Shown here: positions 39,747 to 50,219 of the stretch, piece after piece | Layout of the letters: each line of letters begins with the position of its first letter | How positions within the stretch are numbered: the stretch's first letter is position 1 | From: Arcobacteraceae bacterium | GTDB taxonomy: Bacteria; Campylobacterota; Campylobacteria; Campylobacterales; Arcobacteraceae | DNA length: 52,532 nucleotides | Direction: 5' to 3' | NCBI GenBank assembly: GCA_048268245.1 | Contig: JBLWVX010000017.1 | Coordinates: 1 to 52,532 of the forward strand | Position numbers and translations under genes: made by a program | Notes under the pieces: model-generated | The model's input: the letters and a program-made list of their open reading frames with translations, nothing else | Database searches by the model: none | Told to the model about the DNA's origin: nothing

Positions 39747-41687
39747 TTAAACAAGTGGTAAATTTATTTGGAAACATGCACCTTTAAAAGTGTTGTTTTT
39801 ATACTCAAACTCTGTATTATAAGCACTAATATTCCCTTTTAAACTATTTTCAACTATTTGTTTACTCATATATAAACCAATACCTGAACCACCTTCTTCT
39901 TGTTTTGTTGTAAAATGATTATCAAAAACTTTATTTAAATTTTTGCCTATTATTCCTCCACCGTTATCAATAAGTTTTATAATAAGCTCATTATCTTGTT
40001 TTTTTGCTGATATTTGTAAAACTTTTATTTTATCATCTATTTTTTCTAACTGTTCTTTTGCATTTTTAATAATATTTATTAAAACTTGTAACAGTTCATT
40101 TTCGTAAGAATATAAATCAATATCTTCGATATCTTCAATTATTTCTATATTATTATTTTTAAATTGTGAATTAATAAGTTTAAATGTTTTTTCAAATGAT
40201 TGCTCAATTTTGAAATGACTTAAGGATTTATTAGGATTGAAAAAGTTTCTAAAATCATCAATTGTTTCACTTAAATTTTTTACTGAATTATCTATATTTT
40301 CAATGGCCTCAACTAATTGTTGTTCAGAGAAGTTTTCATACTCTTTATTTAGTTTTATCATTCCATTTGATGTACTAATTAAACTAAGTGGTTGCTTCCA
40401 TTGATGTGCAATATTTCCTATCATCTCACCCATTGTTGCCATTTTTGATTGCTGGATTAGTAAGTTTTCTTTTTCAAGTAATTTACTTGTTTGAGCCCTT
40501 ATATCTTTTTCATAATTTTCAAACATAATTGATAATTTTTTACTTAAATAAAAAGACAATATTATAAAAAACATAGTTAAAATTATGCTAATAAGAATTA
40601 TTTGCTCAATAAACTTTTTATTTGAAAGTATCAAGTCTTTTTTGATTTGACTTACATTTTGTTCAAGTTTATCAAGATAAAATCCTGTACCAATAACCCA
40701 GTTCCAATCTTCAAACTCTTTTATAAATGATATTTTTTTACTATTTTTTATATTATTAGTACTTGGATTTATAGTTGCTTGATATTCATAAAAACCTTCA
40801 CCTTTTTCTTGAGCAAGATTTAAAATGTCTTTTACAAAATATTGTCCTACATCATTTTTTTCATTAATTCTATTTTTACCAATATACTCTTTTTTATAAT
40901 GAGCTAAATTAACACCTTCTTTATTAAATAAAAATATATAAGAATTGTTTTCATATCTTATATTTTGAATATATTCAATTAACTCTTTTTGTAATTCCTT
41001 TTCAAACTCATCAATATACTCACCTGTACCAATTGCTACATTAAATGGTTCAAAGTATTTATAAAAGCTAATTTTTTCATAAGCTTGTTTATCGTTTTTA
41101 TTTTTATACCAATAGTATGAGTCAAAAGCTTCTGTTTTATTTTCGATTGTATCTATGATTTTTCTAATAAACTTATAACCCTGAGCATCTTCATAGTTAT
41201 AAAAGCTTTTTCCTTCTAGTTCTTTGTTAAGGGGTTGTAAAAGTTTAACTCCATTTACATCATCAATAAATATATATCCTCTTGCATTATTATAAATAAT
41301 TCCTGATAGTGCATATTTTATTGTATTAAAAATATGTTCTTTTGAGTGAGAATGTCCGTCAATTTTATCAACTAATTCATTTTTATAGATATTAGTAGCT
41401 ATTTGATGAGCTTCATAAACTCTATTTTTTATTTTTTGTTTTAAAAGTTTTTCTGAATTAAGTTTTTTATCTTTAATAAAGTCATATACTCTTTGTACTT
41501 CTTCTTTAGCTCTTTGTTTATTTTTAATTAAGTAATTATTTTCTGCTTTTTTTATTTCTTCATTAAAAAAGTTATTTTTTTGAGTTATTACAATGCTTGT
41601 AATTATTACTGATACTAAAAGAACAAAAAACAGGGGTCCATATTTAATAATTTTTAAAATATTATCTTTTTTTCTAAATTCTAACAT
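39747..41687 (-). CDS. Cache-domain sensor histidine kinase
   Basis: Two Cache-like repeats (AIGTGEY, WVIGTGFY); NIAHQWKQP, DNGGG, GSGIGL. Confidence 0.92.
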   Translation of the reverse strand: MLEFRKKDNILKIIKYGPLFFVLLVSVIITSIVITQKNNFFNEEIKKAENNYLIKNKQRAKEEVQRVYDFIKDKKLNSEKLLKQKIKNRVYEAHQIATNIYKNELVDKIDGHSHSKEHIFNTIKYALSGIIYNNARGYIFIDDVNGVKLLQPLNKELEGKSFYNYEDAQGYKFIRKIIDTIENKTEAFDSYYWYKNKNDKQAYEKISFYKYFEPFNVAIGTGEYIDEFEKELQKELIEYIQNIRYENNSYIFLFNKEGVNLAHYKKEYIGKNRINEKNDVGQYFVKDILNLAQEKGEGFYEYQATINPSTNNIKNSKKISFIKEFEDWNWVIGTGFYLDKLEQNVSQIKKDLILSNKKFIEQIILISIILTMFFIILSFYLSKKLSIMFENYEKDIRAQTSKLLEKENLLIQQSKMATMGEMIGNIAHQWKQPLSLISTSNGMIKLNKEYENFSEQQLVEAIENIDNSVKNLSETIDDFRNFFNPNKSLSHFKIEQSFEKTFKLINSQFKNNNIEIIEDIEDIDLYSYENELLQVLINIIKNAKEQLEKIDDKIKVLQISAKKQDNELIIKLIDNGGGIIGKNLNKVFDNHFTTKQEEGGSGIGLYMSKQIVENSLKGNISAYNTEFEYKNNTFKGACFQINLPLV

Positions 41688-41901
41688 ATCAATAGTCCCT
41701 TTTGTGATTAAAAATAATTATAACGAATAAGTGCTTTAAAAGTATAAAAGAAATATAAGTCAATAAATTTGGAAATTAAGCTAAAAAGCAGGTTTATATA
41801 TCAAAAGTTATTATTGGACAAAATATGTATGGCTCTATAAAAGCTTTAAATAGAGATGATAAAGCAATTTTTAGAATATTTTTAAAAAATTAAGACATTA
41901 A

Positions 41902-41929
41902 AAAAGGACTCATAAAAATGAGTCCTTTT
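41902..41929 (-). terminator. Rho-independent terminator of hup
   Basis: AAAAGGACTCAT-AAAA-ATGAGTCCTTTT with T-run on the minus strand. Confidence 0.85.
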
Positions 41930-41952
41930 CCAAGGTATTTATAAGTGATAGA

Positions 41953-42228
41953 TTACTTAGCTACAGATTCTTTTAAAGCTTTACCAACTTTGAATTTTGC
42001 AACAGTAGTAGCTGGAACTTTAACAGTTTTGTCAGTACCAGGAACTTTAGCAGTTCTTTCTGCTCTATCAGCAGTTGTAAATGTACCAAAACCAATGAAA
42101 CTTACAGATTCTCTTTTTACTAAAGTTTCAGTGATTGTATCTAATACAGCGTCAACTGCACCTTTTGCATCTTTTTTAGATAGACCAGCCTTTGCTGCTA
42201 CTGCATCAATAAATTCTGCTTTGTTCAT
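41953..42228 (-). CDS. hup: DNA-binding protein HU
   Basis: MNKAEFIDAVA, FIGFGTF, R..RT..VPGT, KFKVGKALKE. Confidence 0.95.
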   Translation of the reverse strand: MNKAEFIDAVAAKAGLSKKDAKGAVDAVLDTITETLVKRESVSFIGFGTFTTADRAERTAKVPGTDKTVKVPATTVAKFKVGKALKESVAK

Positions 42229-42349
42229 AGAAGAACTCCTTGTTTTTAATTAAATTACATAAACTTTATAGTATTTAAGCTTTAGAATAGCTAAAACTAG
42301 GGCTTTTGAGTGAAAAATAATTAAAAAAAACAAGCTTCTTTTGATTTTT

Positions 42350-42928
42350 TTAATCAAAAGATGTCTTTATGCTTAGAAGACGGCAAGAATTCTCTAGTAT
42401 GGCAATTTTCTTTACAAGTTCATTTATATCCCTATGATAAGCATAAGTCCCAACGCCTTTTACTACCATTAAGTTGTGGTTACTTTCTTTTAAATACTTT
42501 GTAATTTCTAAAGCGTTTCTGCTATACCAAGTATTAAAATCTCCTGGGTCATAAATAGGGATTTCTCCAAATTCAGTTTTTCCAAAAAAGTCATCAAAGA
42601 ATATATGATCATGTTCAAATGTATATGCTGTTGTGTAAATTGGCATACCAAAAGCAATATATTTTGCTTCATGAATATTTGAATAAATAGAAGCATGGAT
42701 ATGTGATTCAATACTTGCAATATTCCATCTATAATCGGGCTTATTTAAATTTAATTCACAAAAAGATTTGTCATTCATCTCATCAAAAATAGCATCTGAT
42801 GTATTGATTAGAAAGTTCTCTTGGTCAAGTTTTGCTGAGATTGCCCCATGATAAATACCAAAGAAGTTTTTTCTAAACATAGTTAAAGATAAATTCTTAA
42901 GTAGTTTAACTGTGTTTTTATCAAGCAT
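42350..42928 (-). CDS. Class II aldolase/adducin family protein
   Basis: G.ISAK, ASIESHIHASIY, GVGTY, LENSCRLL. Confidence 0.8.
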   Translation of the reverse strand: MLDKNTVKLLKNLSLTMFRKNFFGIYHGAISAKLDQENFLINTSDAIFDEMNDKSFCELNLNKPDYRWNIASIESHIHASIYSNIHEAKYIAFGMPIYTTAYTFEHDHIFFDDFFGKTEFGEIPIYDPGDFNTWYSRNALEITKYLKESNHNLMVVKGVGTYAYHRDINELVKKIAILENSCRLLSIKTSFD

Positions 42929-42989
42929 TTTAAAAAGCCTTAAATATATTTTTGGATATTATATATTAATTTTAATAAGGACTGTTTTA

Positions 42990-43892
42990 ATGCAAATTCC
43001 ACATATTCCTGTTTTATATAAAGAAACACTAGAAGCTTTCAATAATATAGAAGAGGGTTTTATAATAGATTGTACCACTGGATTTGGTGGGCATAGTTTT
43101 GGTTTATTATCACAAAATGATACTGTAAAGCTTATTTGTAATGATCAAGATGATGAAGCTTTAGATTTTAGTAAAAAAAGACTTGAAGAGTTTTCTTCAA
43201 GGGTTACTTTTAATAAAGGAAACTTTGAACATGTATTTGAAAAGTTTAAAGATTATGATATTAGAGGTATTTTAGCTGATATTGGAGTATCATCATTACA
43301 ACTTGATAAACTTGATAGAGGTTTTGGTTTTGAAAGTGAAACTTTAGATATGAGAATGAATCAAGACCAAGCTTTAGATGCATCAACAGTAGTAAATACA
43401 TATTCTCAAAGTGAACTTGAAAGAGTATTTAAAGAGTATGGGGAAGTGCGAGAGTATAAAAAAGTAGCTTCATTAATTGTAAATAACAGACCTTTTTCAA
43501 CATCAAAAGAATTAGCTGAGTTTTTATCTAAAAAAATGCACAAGGGTAAAATTCATCCAGCAACTCTTCCTTTTCAAGGAATTAGAATAGAAGTAAATGA
43601 TGAGTTAGGTGTTTTAACAAGACTTTTTGACTCAATAGAAGCTTCAAAACCAAAAAATTGTATTGTGGCTATTATTTCTTTTCACTCATTAGAAGATAGA
43701 ATTGTAAAAAACTATTTTAAAAAATGGACTAAGTCTTGTATTTGCCCTACTGAAGCTTTTAGATGTACATGTGGAAATAATCATGCTTTAGGAAAGGTAA
43801 TCACAAGAAAACCTATTATTCCTACAAAAGAAGAGATAAAACAGAATCCAAGAAGTAGAAGTTCAAAATTAAGGATTTTTAAATTTGATTAA
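42990..43892 (+). CDS. rsmH: 16S rRNA (cytosine1402-N4)-methyltransferase RsmH
   Basis: HIPVL, DCTTGFGGHS, DIGVSSLQLD, LDMRM, SFHSLEDRIVK, NPRSRSSKLR; ATG at 42990 with AAGGA RBS preferred over 42912. Confidence 0.96.
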   Translation: MQIPHIPVLYKETLEAFNNIEEGFIIDCTTGFGGHSFGLLSQNDTVKLICNDQDDEALDFSKKRLEEFSSRVTFNKGNFEHVFEKFKDYDIRGILADIGVSSLQLDKLDRGFGFESETLDMRMNQDQALDASTVVNTYSQSELERVFKEYGEVREYKKVASLIVNNRPFSTSKELAEFLSKKMHKGKIHPATLPFQGIRIEVNDELGVLTRLFDSIEASKPKNCIVAIISFHSLEDRIVKNYFKKWTKSCICPTEAFRCTCGNNHALGKVITRKPIIPTKEEIKQNPRSRSSKLRIFKFD

Positions 43893-44145
43893 GCTAAATG
43901 CTACTAATTCTATAATTATTGTATTTACCATATTAATTTTTGCGATTGTAGTTTATTTTCCAAAAATATATCTTAGAAATAATATTTATTATGTAAGTAA
44001 AGATGTAAATAAACTATATGCACACTATATTTCTCTTCAAGAAGAGAATAGATTTTTATCTCAACAACTTGAAGATATGAAGTTTAAGAATCAGATTATT
44101 GATTCACTTTTATTTAATCCATTAAAGTTAGAAAATGATAAGTAG
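43885..44145 (+). CDS. Single-TM coiled-coil protein, FtsL-like by position
   Basis: TM, PKIYLRNNIYYVSK, LQEENRFL..QLE coiled coil; directly downstream of rsmH. Confidence 0.6.
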   Translation: MIKLNATNSIIIVFTILIFAIVVYFPKIYLRNNIYYVSKDVNKLYAHYISLQEENRFLSQQLEDMKFKNQIIDSLLFNPLKLENDK

Positions 44146-47100
44146 TATTATAGATTTTTCGTTAAGAAAACCAATCTTAAATCATCTTTTATTACTTTTC
44201 ACTTTTATATTGGCTTTTTTTGCATATTTTAAAATACCAAAAGAGATTTTTCCTCCCTCAGCATTAGAAGCCGTATCTATTAGTGGCTCTTATGTTGGAG
44301 CTAGTTCTGAACTTCTTGATAAAATAGCTGTAAGTGATATAGAAGATGAGCTTTTAGGATTAAGTGCAGCAAGTAAAATATCTTCTACTATTAAAAATGG
44401 TTTTTTTACTATAAAAGTTGATTTAAAAGATGGTGAAAAACCAGAAGATGTAGTAAATGATGTAAAAGATATAGTTGCAAAAGTAAAACCAAATCTTCCA
44501 AGTGATATGGATGAACCCACTGTAAAAACTATGGAACATGCTTTTCCTCTTATTACAGTTGCTGTTTACTCAAAAGATAAAAAAGCTTCAAAAGAGTATT
44601 TAATAGATGTGGCAGAAGATGTAAAATCTGAGATTATGAAGCTAAAAGATTTGTCAGAAGTAAATGTTTTAGGAAAAAGTGACAAAGAACTTTTAATCAC
44701 TTTTAATGATGAAAAAATAGAAGCTTATGCTTTAAATAAGATATCTGTAATAAATGCTGTTCAAGGAATAAGTACTATTTTTCCTGTAGGAATTATAAAA
44801 GATAGTAGTAGGCATTATTATCTGTCAACTTTTAATGGCTCTAAGAATATAGATGAGATTAAAAATACAATTTTAAAAGTTGATGGTAAAAGATTATATT
44901 TAAAAGATATTGCAAGTGTTAAGTTTACTTTGGCAGACGTAGCAAATATTTCTCACTTTAATGCAAATGAAAATATTGCTATTAGTATTAACAAAGGTTT
45001 TGAGGGTGACTCAATTGAGCTTGTAAAGCAAATCAAAGAGATTACTAAGTCTTTTGAACAAAGATATGAAAACCTTGATTTTGATACATATATTGATACT
45101 TCTATTTGGATTAAAAACAGACTTAATACTGTTGTTTCAAATATCTTATTTGGTTTATGTTTACTGTTTATTGCTCTGTTTATTTTTATAAATGTAAGAA
45201 TTGCTTTAGTTATTGCTATTGGAATTCCAACTTCTTTTATGATAGGTCTTATTTCAGCTGATTATTTAGGATATAGTTTAAATATGCTTTCACTTTTAGG
45301 TGCTCTAATAGCTCTTGGTATGCTTGTGGATGAGGCTATTGTAGTTGGTGAAAATATTTATCGTCACTTAGAGATGGGTAAAGATAGATTTACAGCTGCT
45401 AAAGATGGTGCTATTGAGATGTATCCTGCTGTTTTAACAGCAACAGCAACTACAGTATTTGCATTTTTACCAATCCTTTTAATGACAGGGGAAGTAGGGA
45501 AGTTTATGCAAATACTTCCTATTATGATTACTATTTTATTGATAAGCTCCCTTGTGGAAGCTTTCTTTTTTCTACCTTTACATGCAAAAGAGATACTTAA
45601 AGTAAGTAAAGATGAAAGAAAGTCTCATAAGGTTTGGGATTTTAACTATAGACTTTATGGAAATATTTTAGACTTTTTATTAAAAGGTAGATTTATAGCT
45701 TTATTTTTAATGGTTGGAGGCATTATTTTTGGAACAATTTTTGTTTTCAAAATTCAAAAATTTGAGTTTATGCCTGCTTTTGATTCAACACAAGTTTATA
45801 TAACAGGTTCAGTTGGTGTTGGTAAAAAAGTTGAACAAACAGAAGAAGAAGTTTATGCTTTAGAGAAAAAAATACTTGAAAATATGGATATGGATAAAAC
45901 CTTAAGTTCTGTTACATCAGTTACAGGAATGAAACTAGATGGTAAAAATCAACCTCATAATGAAGAGTTTTATTTCCATATTTTTGTAAATCTAAATGAA
46001 AGAGCACCTGTAAATGTATTTGAAACATATATAAACCCTTATTTTTCACCTAAATATGATGATACAAATATGATAAGAACTATTGATGCACAAACTGTTG
46101 TAAAGCAGTTAAAAGAGGTTTTAAAAGATGATATTAACTCAGGTAGATTTGATGAGTTAAAAGTATTTGTTCCTCAAGCTGGAATTGTAAAAAATGATGT
46201 AGAAATTGCAGTTTCAGGTGAAAATGAGAAAGTTTTAAAAGCTGTAGCTTCACTAAAAAATAGTTTAGAAAAAATCGATGGAGTTTCAAATATAGCAGAT
46301 GATGCACTAACTGGTAATTATGAGTTAAAACTAAAAGTAAACTCTTATGGGAATGAATTAGGAGTTACAGAACAAACTATTTTAAATGAGTTAAGACCTT
46401 TTTATTTTAAAGGTAGTTACTCAAAGATGTTTGATGATAAGGGAATAGTTGAGATTATATTTCAAAGTAATACTAAAGATATTTTAAGTAGTTTAGATAC
46501 TTTTGAAGTAACTACATCTACTAATCAAAAAGTTCAACTAAAAGAAGTAGTAGAGTTTATAAAAATACCTGCATATTCTCAGATTTTTAAAGAGAACAAT
46601 GCTCAAATTATAAGTGTTACAGCTTCATTAGATGAAATTACATCAGCAGAAGTTTTTGAAAAACTAAAAGATAAACTAGAGTTTTTAAACAAAGAAGTGA
46701 AACTTGAGATAAAAGGTGAACAACAAGAAAATAAAAAAGTTCAAAAAGAGATGGGACAAGCTGCACTTATAGCTATAATCTTAATCTTTATAGCTCTTGT
46801 TTGGATGTTCGATTCAATAATCAAACCTTTTATTATTATAAGTACTATTCCTTTATCAATGCTAGGGGTTTTAATAGGACATGTAGTAATGGATATAAAC
46901 CTTACAATGCCAAGTATGATAGGTATGGTTGGACTTGCAGGTGTTATTGTAAATGATGGTATTATTATGATGGACTTTATTAAAAAAGCAAAAACACTAC
47001 CTGAATTAGAAATGTATGCAAAAATGAGATTAAGACCTATTTTATTAACTTCGGTTACAACTATTTTAGGATTAAGTAGTCTTATTTTCTTTGCTTCTGG

Positions 47101-47224
47101 GCAAGCTTTAATCCTTCAACCAATGGCAGTTGCTTTAGGTTTTGGTATTTTATGGGCTACTGTTCTTAATCTTTATTATGTACCTATGGTTTATAGGCTT
47201 ATATATCTAAGAAATGCAAAATAG
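44135..47224 (+). CDS. RND efflux transporter permease (AcrB/AcrD/AcrF family)
   Basis: 1029 aa; LGMLVDEAIVVGEN, GVIVNDGII, RLRPILLTSVTTILG. Confidence 0.93.
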   Translation: MISSIIDFSLRKPILNHLLLLFTFILAFFAYFKIPKEIFPPSALEAVSISGSYVGASSELLDKIAVSDIEDELLGLSAASKISSTIKNGFFTIKVDLKDGEKPEDVVNDVKDIVAKVKPNLPSDMDEPTVKTMEHAFPLITVAVYSKDKKASKEYLIDVAEDVKSEIMKLKDLSEVNVLGKSDKELLITFNDEKIEAYALNKISVINAVQGISTIFPVGIIKDSSRHYYLSTFNGSKNIDEIKNTILKVDGKRLYLKDIASVKFTLADVANISHFNANENIAISINKGFEGDSIELVKQIKEITKSFEQRYENLDFDTYIDTSIWIKNRLNTVVSNILFGLCLLFIALFIFINVRIALVIAIGIPTSFMIGLISADYLGYSLNMLSLLGALIALGMLVDEAIVVGENIYRHLEMGKDRFTAAKDGAIEMYPAVLTATATTVFAFLPILLMTGEVGKFMQILPIMITILLISSLVEAFFFLPLHAKEILKVSKDERKSHKVWDFNYRLYGNILDFLLKGRFIALFLMVGGIIFGTIFVFKIQKFEFMPAFDSTQVYITGSVGVGKKVEQTEEEVYALEKKILENMDMDKTLSSVTSVTGMKLDGKNQPHNEEFYFHIFVNLNERAPVNVFETYINPYFSPKYDDTNMIRTIDAQTVVKQLKEVLKDDINSGRFDELKVFVPQAGIVKNDVEIAVSGENEKVLKAVASLKNSLEKIDGVSNIADDALTGNYELKLKVNSYGNELGVTEQTILNELRPFYFKGSYSKMFDDKGIVEIIFQSNTKDILSSLDTFEVTTSTNQKVQLKEVVEFIKIPAYSQIFKENNAQIISVTASLDEITSAEVFEKLKDKLEFLNKEVKLEIKGEQQENKKVQKEMGQAALIAIILIFIALVWMFDSIIKPFIIISTIPLSMLGVLIGHVVMDINLTMPSMIGMVGLAGVIVNDGIIMMDFIKKAKTLPELEMYAKMRLRPILLTSVTTILGLSSLIFFASGQALILQPMAVALGFGILWATVLNLYYVPMVYRLIYLRNAK

Positions 47225-47746
47225 ATATAGTGGGGATGTAGGTGATTTTGGAAAGTTTTACCTACTTAGGTTTTTACTAAATAATCAAAAGTATAATCTA
47301 GCTCAAATTTGGTACATGTATCCAGATGAAACTCATAATAATGATGGATTATATATAAACTATTTTGAGAAAGTAAAAAAGTTTGACTATGAACTTGAAG
47401 AAAAACTTTAAAGTTTAGTGAAAATAATGATTTTATTGCAGTTGATCCAGATAATGGAGTAGCTACAAAACTTATAAAAAAAGATGAAACAAAAGATATA
47501 AAGATTCAAAGCTTTGAAGATTTTAAAACAAAAAGTAAAGCTGGAAAATATATCTTTGATGAAGAGATTAAACAGTTATACAAAAACTGCAAGTGTTTAA
47601 TAATATACCATCATTTAAATAGAACTATAAGTCATGATAAACAAATAGAGATTTTAAAATCAAAGTTTGAAAAAGAGTATAAAAAAGTGTTTGAAAACTC
47701 TTTTAGTCTTCATTGGAAGTTATTTAATACTATTAAAGCACTTTAA
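47214..47746 (+). pseudogene. Frameshifted, internally deleted hypothetical gene
   Basis: MQNRYSGDVGDFGK... stops at 47411; another frame continues FSENNDFIAVDPDNGVAT...IIYHHLNR...IKAL* to 47746. Confidence 0.7.
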
Positions 47747-48131
47747 TTTATCAGGGTTTCTAAGCGCAAAGATATTTATTCCTTTTGTTGATTTGTATAT
47801 GTAAGACGAAATAAGAATTAAAAGTGTGACATATGTTATATCTTTTTAGGAATTAATTCTTTTAAATTACTGTCTTAATATTTAGTGTCATTATAATTTT
47901 AAACAAAAATGTGAATTTTATAAATATTGTATATAATGAGAATATCAATATAAAATACTATATTTAATACAAAATTATTTATTAATTTATCAATTCAAGT
48001 GTTTGAATCAATTTGTATATAATAAAACTTAAAAAATTATTCAGAATAAAATGCAATAATATAATTTGAATTATATTGCTTTATAGTAAATATTTCAGTG
48101 TAAATCTTACATTCTTTAAAAAAGTTTAAAT

Positions 48132-48233
48132 ATGAAATTTATTTTATTAATACCTATTTTTTTATTTTCTTTAAGTTATCAAGAACTTAATAAACATACT
48201 TTAAAAAACTCTAATCAATTAGATAATTACTAG
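48132..48233 (+). pseudogene. Signal-peptide-bearing N-terminal remnant, probably of a TolC-family gene
   Basis: MKFILLIPIFLFSLSYQELNKHTLKNSNQLDNY*, abutting a truncated HlyD gene. Confidence 0.45.
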
Positions 48234-48240
48234 ATATGAT

Positions 48241-49053
48241 ATGAAACTATTTCAAGCCCAATCTCAATACCAAAGCTCCCAAGCAGAGAAATCAAGACTA
48301 TCAATGCTTCTTTCAAAAGATAAACAAAGAGCAAAAAAGTTAGAGAGTGTACTAGATATCATAGCTAGAAAAGATTATGAAGAGTTAGAAAAAAATATCA
48401 TAAGCTTACAACAACAAGTAAATATGTCTAACTATAAAGTACAAGAATCTCAAAAAAGAATAAACGAACTAAAAAAAGAGAAATCATCTTTTATAAATCA
48501 ATTTAAAGATACAAAATACCAAGAACTACAAACTATACAAAAAGAAGCAAGAAACTTAGAGTCTCAAATAAACGCAATAAAATTCCAAAACCAAAAACAA
48601 TCTATCGTATCTCCAACAGATGGATATGTAGCAAAACTAATGATAAATACAATAGGTGGAGTAGTAACGCCAGCAGAAAAATTAATCTCAATAGTTCCAA
48701 AAGATTCCCCTCTTATAGTAAAAGTAAATGTACTAAATCAAGATATAGGATTTGTAAAAAAAGATATGCAATCTAAAATAAAAATAGATACCTTTTCTTT
48801 TCAAAAATATGGCTTCTTTGAAGGAAAAATAATCAATGTAGGAAATTTTTCCATAGATGATGAAAAACTAGGTCCCGTTTATGAAGTAAAAATAGAACCA
48901 AATGGAAAAACTTTAAATGTAGAAGGACAAGAGAGATACCTAGAAGCAGGTATGAGTGTAACAGCTGAAATAAAAGTAGGTAAGAGAAGAGTTATTGAGT
49001 TTTTCATTTATCCAATTATTAGATATTTGGATGAAGGGTTGAGTGTGAGATGA
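48241..49053 (+). pseudogene. N-terminally truncated HlyD-family type I secretion adaptor
   Basis: SPTDGYV, GGVVTPAEKL.SIVP, DIGFV, F.FQKYG, GMSVTAEIKVGKRRVIEFF.YP; lacks TM anchor and first lipoyl half; in-frame TAG at 48220; no RBS. Confidence 0.8.
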
Positions 49054-49078
49054 TGAGATTTAAAAATAAAGGAAATAT

Positions 49079-49525
49079 ATGAATAAAGAAAATGAATATG
49101 TATACGATAATTTTTATAGATTAATAATGGTTATATTTAATATGGTACCTCTAATACTAGGCATAATATTTTTAGTTCTTAGTAATTATTTAATAGTTAA
49201 CTTAATTGGAATAATAGTAATAATAATAATAATTTCTAAGATTTTAAGTTTATGTTTTTTTAAATCTTTATTAATTCATGAAGATAGAATAATTATAAAA
49301 TGGTTTTTATTTGGAGAAGATGTAATCTTAAAAAATAACTTAGAGTATTTTCTACATGATAGAATGTTTTATGCTGGTAACTTAATGATTAAAAATAATG
49401 ATAATAAAACCAAAAGTTTTTTATTTATGAATTTATCTTTATTTGCATTAAAATATAACTCTCTATCTAAAAGTAGAAAAGAAAAAATTAAAAAATTAAA
49501 TTCAGGAGTAAAGAATGGCAACTAA
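49079..49525 (+). CDS. Hypothetical 2-TM membrane protein (candidate immunity)
   Basis: AAGGA RBS, two hydrophobic helices. Confidence 0.65.
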   Translation: MNKENEYVYDNFYRLIMVIFNMVPLILGIIFLVLSNYLIVNLIGIIVIIIIISKILSLCFFKSLLIHEDRIIIKWFLFGEDVILKNNLEYFLHDRMFYAGNLMIKNNDNKTKSFLFMNLSLFALKYNSLSKSRKEKIKKLNSGVKNGN

Positions 49526-49808
49526 TGAGGCAACAGTATTTATAGATTTAAACAATGAGAAAATGGAATATAAAATATCTAAAAAAAATCTATTTGATTT
49601 ATATACTGTAAATGAGTATTTATTGCTAGATAATAAAACAAAAAAAGTTTTAGCAAAAGATATGTCCGTTGGATTTAAGAAAGGTTCTAAAAGTAAATTC
49701 CGAAATAAGATTTTACTTTGGAAAAGTGCAAATGATTCTGCTTATTCTCTCGAAAGTATAAGAAAAGTAGGAATTATGAAACAAGTATTAAAAAATAATT
49801 ATTTATAG
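49515..49808 (+). pseudogene. Fragment paralogous to the C-terminus of 50213..51001
   Basis: YLLLDNKTKKVLAKDMSVGF..KFRNKILLW..VLKNNYL versus YLLIDNKTNKILAKDISVSF..KFRNKYLLW..VLKINYL. Confidence 0.75.
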
Positions 49809-49817
49809 GAAATTAAG

Positions 49818-50219
49818 ATGAATTTTACTGAAGATATTAAGGAATTAGGTTTATTAAGTGAATTGGCATATTTAAGATTAGAAGATGAATATTTTAAAAA
49901 TAAATCTTATTCAAAAGATTCTATTGAATTATTTTTTGATAGTAAATATGATGATGCAAAATATAACAATACTGGTGTAGATAATTCAAAAGATTCAATG
50001 TTAGCTATCTTAAATAAATACGATATAAAACACTTTAAATCATTTTCATCTGATTTACAACTTATGATACTAGAAAATAAAAGTAATCCTAGAGAATATG
50101 TATTGTCTTTTAGAGGAACAGAATTTAATCTTTTTTCTGCTGATATAACTTCTGATTTTCAAATGGAACTTGGAAATGAAACTGAGCAAATGAAACTTTT
50201 AAAGGAAAATAGATGTTAA
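49818..50219 (+). pseudogene. Truncated N-terminus of a lipase paralogous to the 51011 ORF
   Basis: LLSELAYLRLE..F.NKSYS, DLQLMIL, SFRGTE shared with 51011; ends before the GHSLG motif. Confidence 0.78.

Noticed and set aside
42912..42989. Longer rsmH start from the ORF track
   Set aside because: Overlaps the divergent aldolase gene; ATG 42990 has an AAGGA RBS and sits at the conserved HIPVL start.
47750..48130. Fur-box-like and palindromic motifs upstream of the T1SS remnant (e.g. AATATAATT-TG-AATTATATT at 48058-48077)
   Set aside because: The region is extremely AT-rich; matches cannot be told from chance without a motif model.
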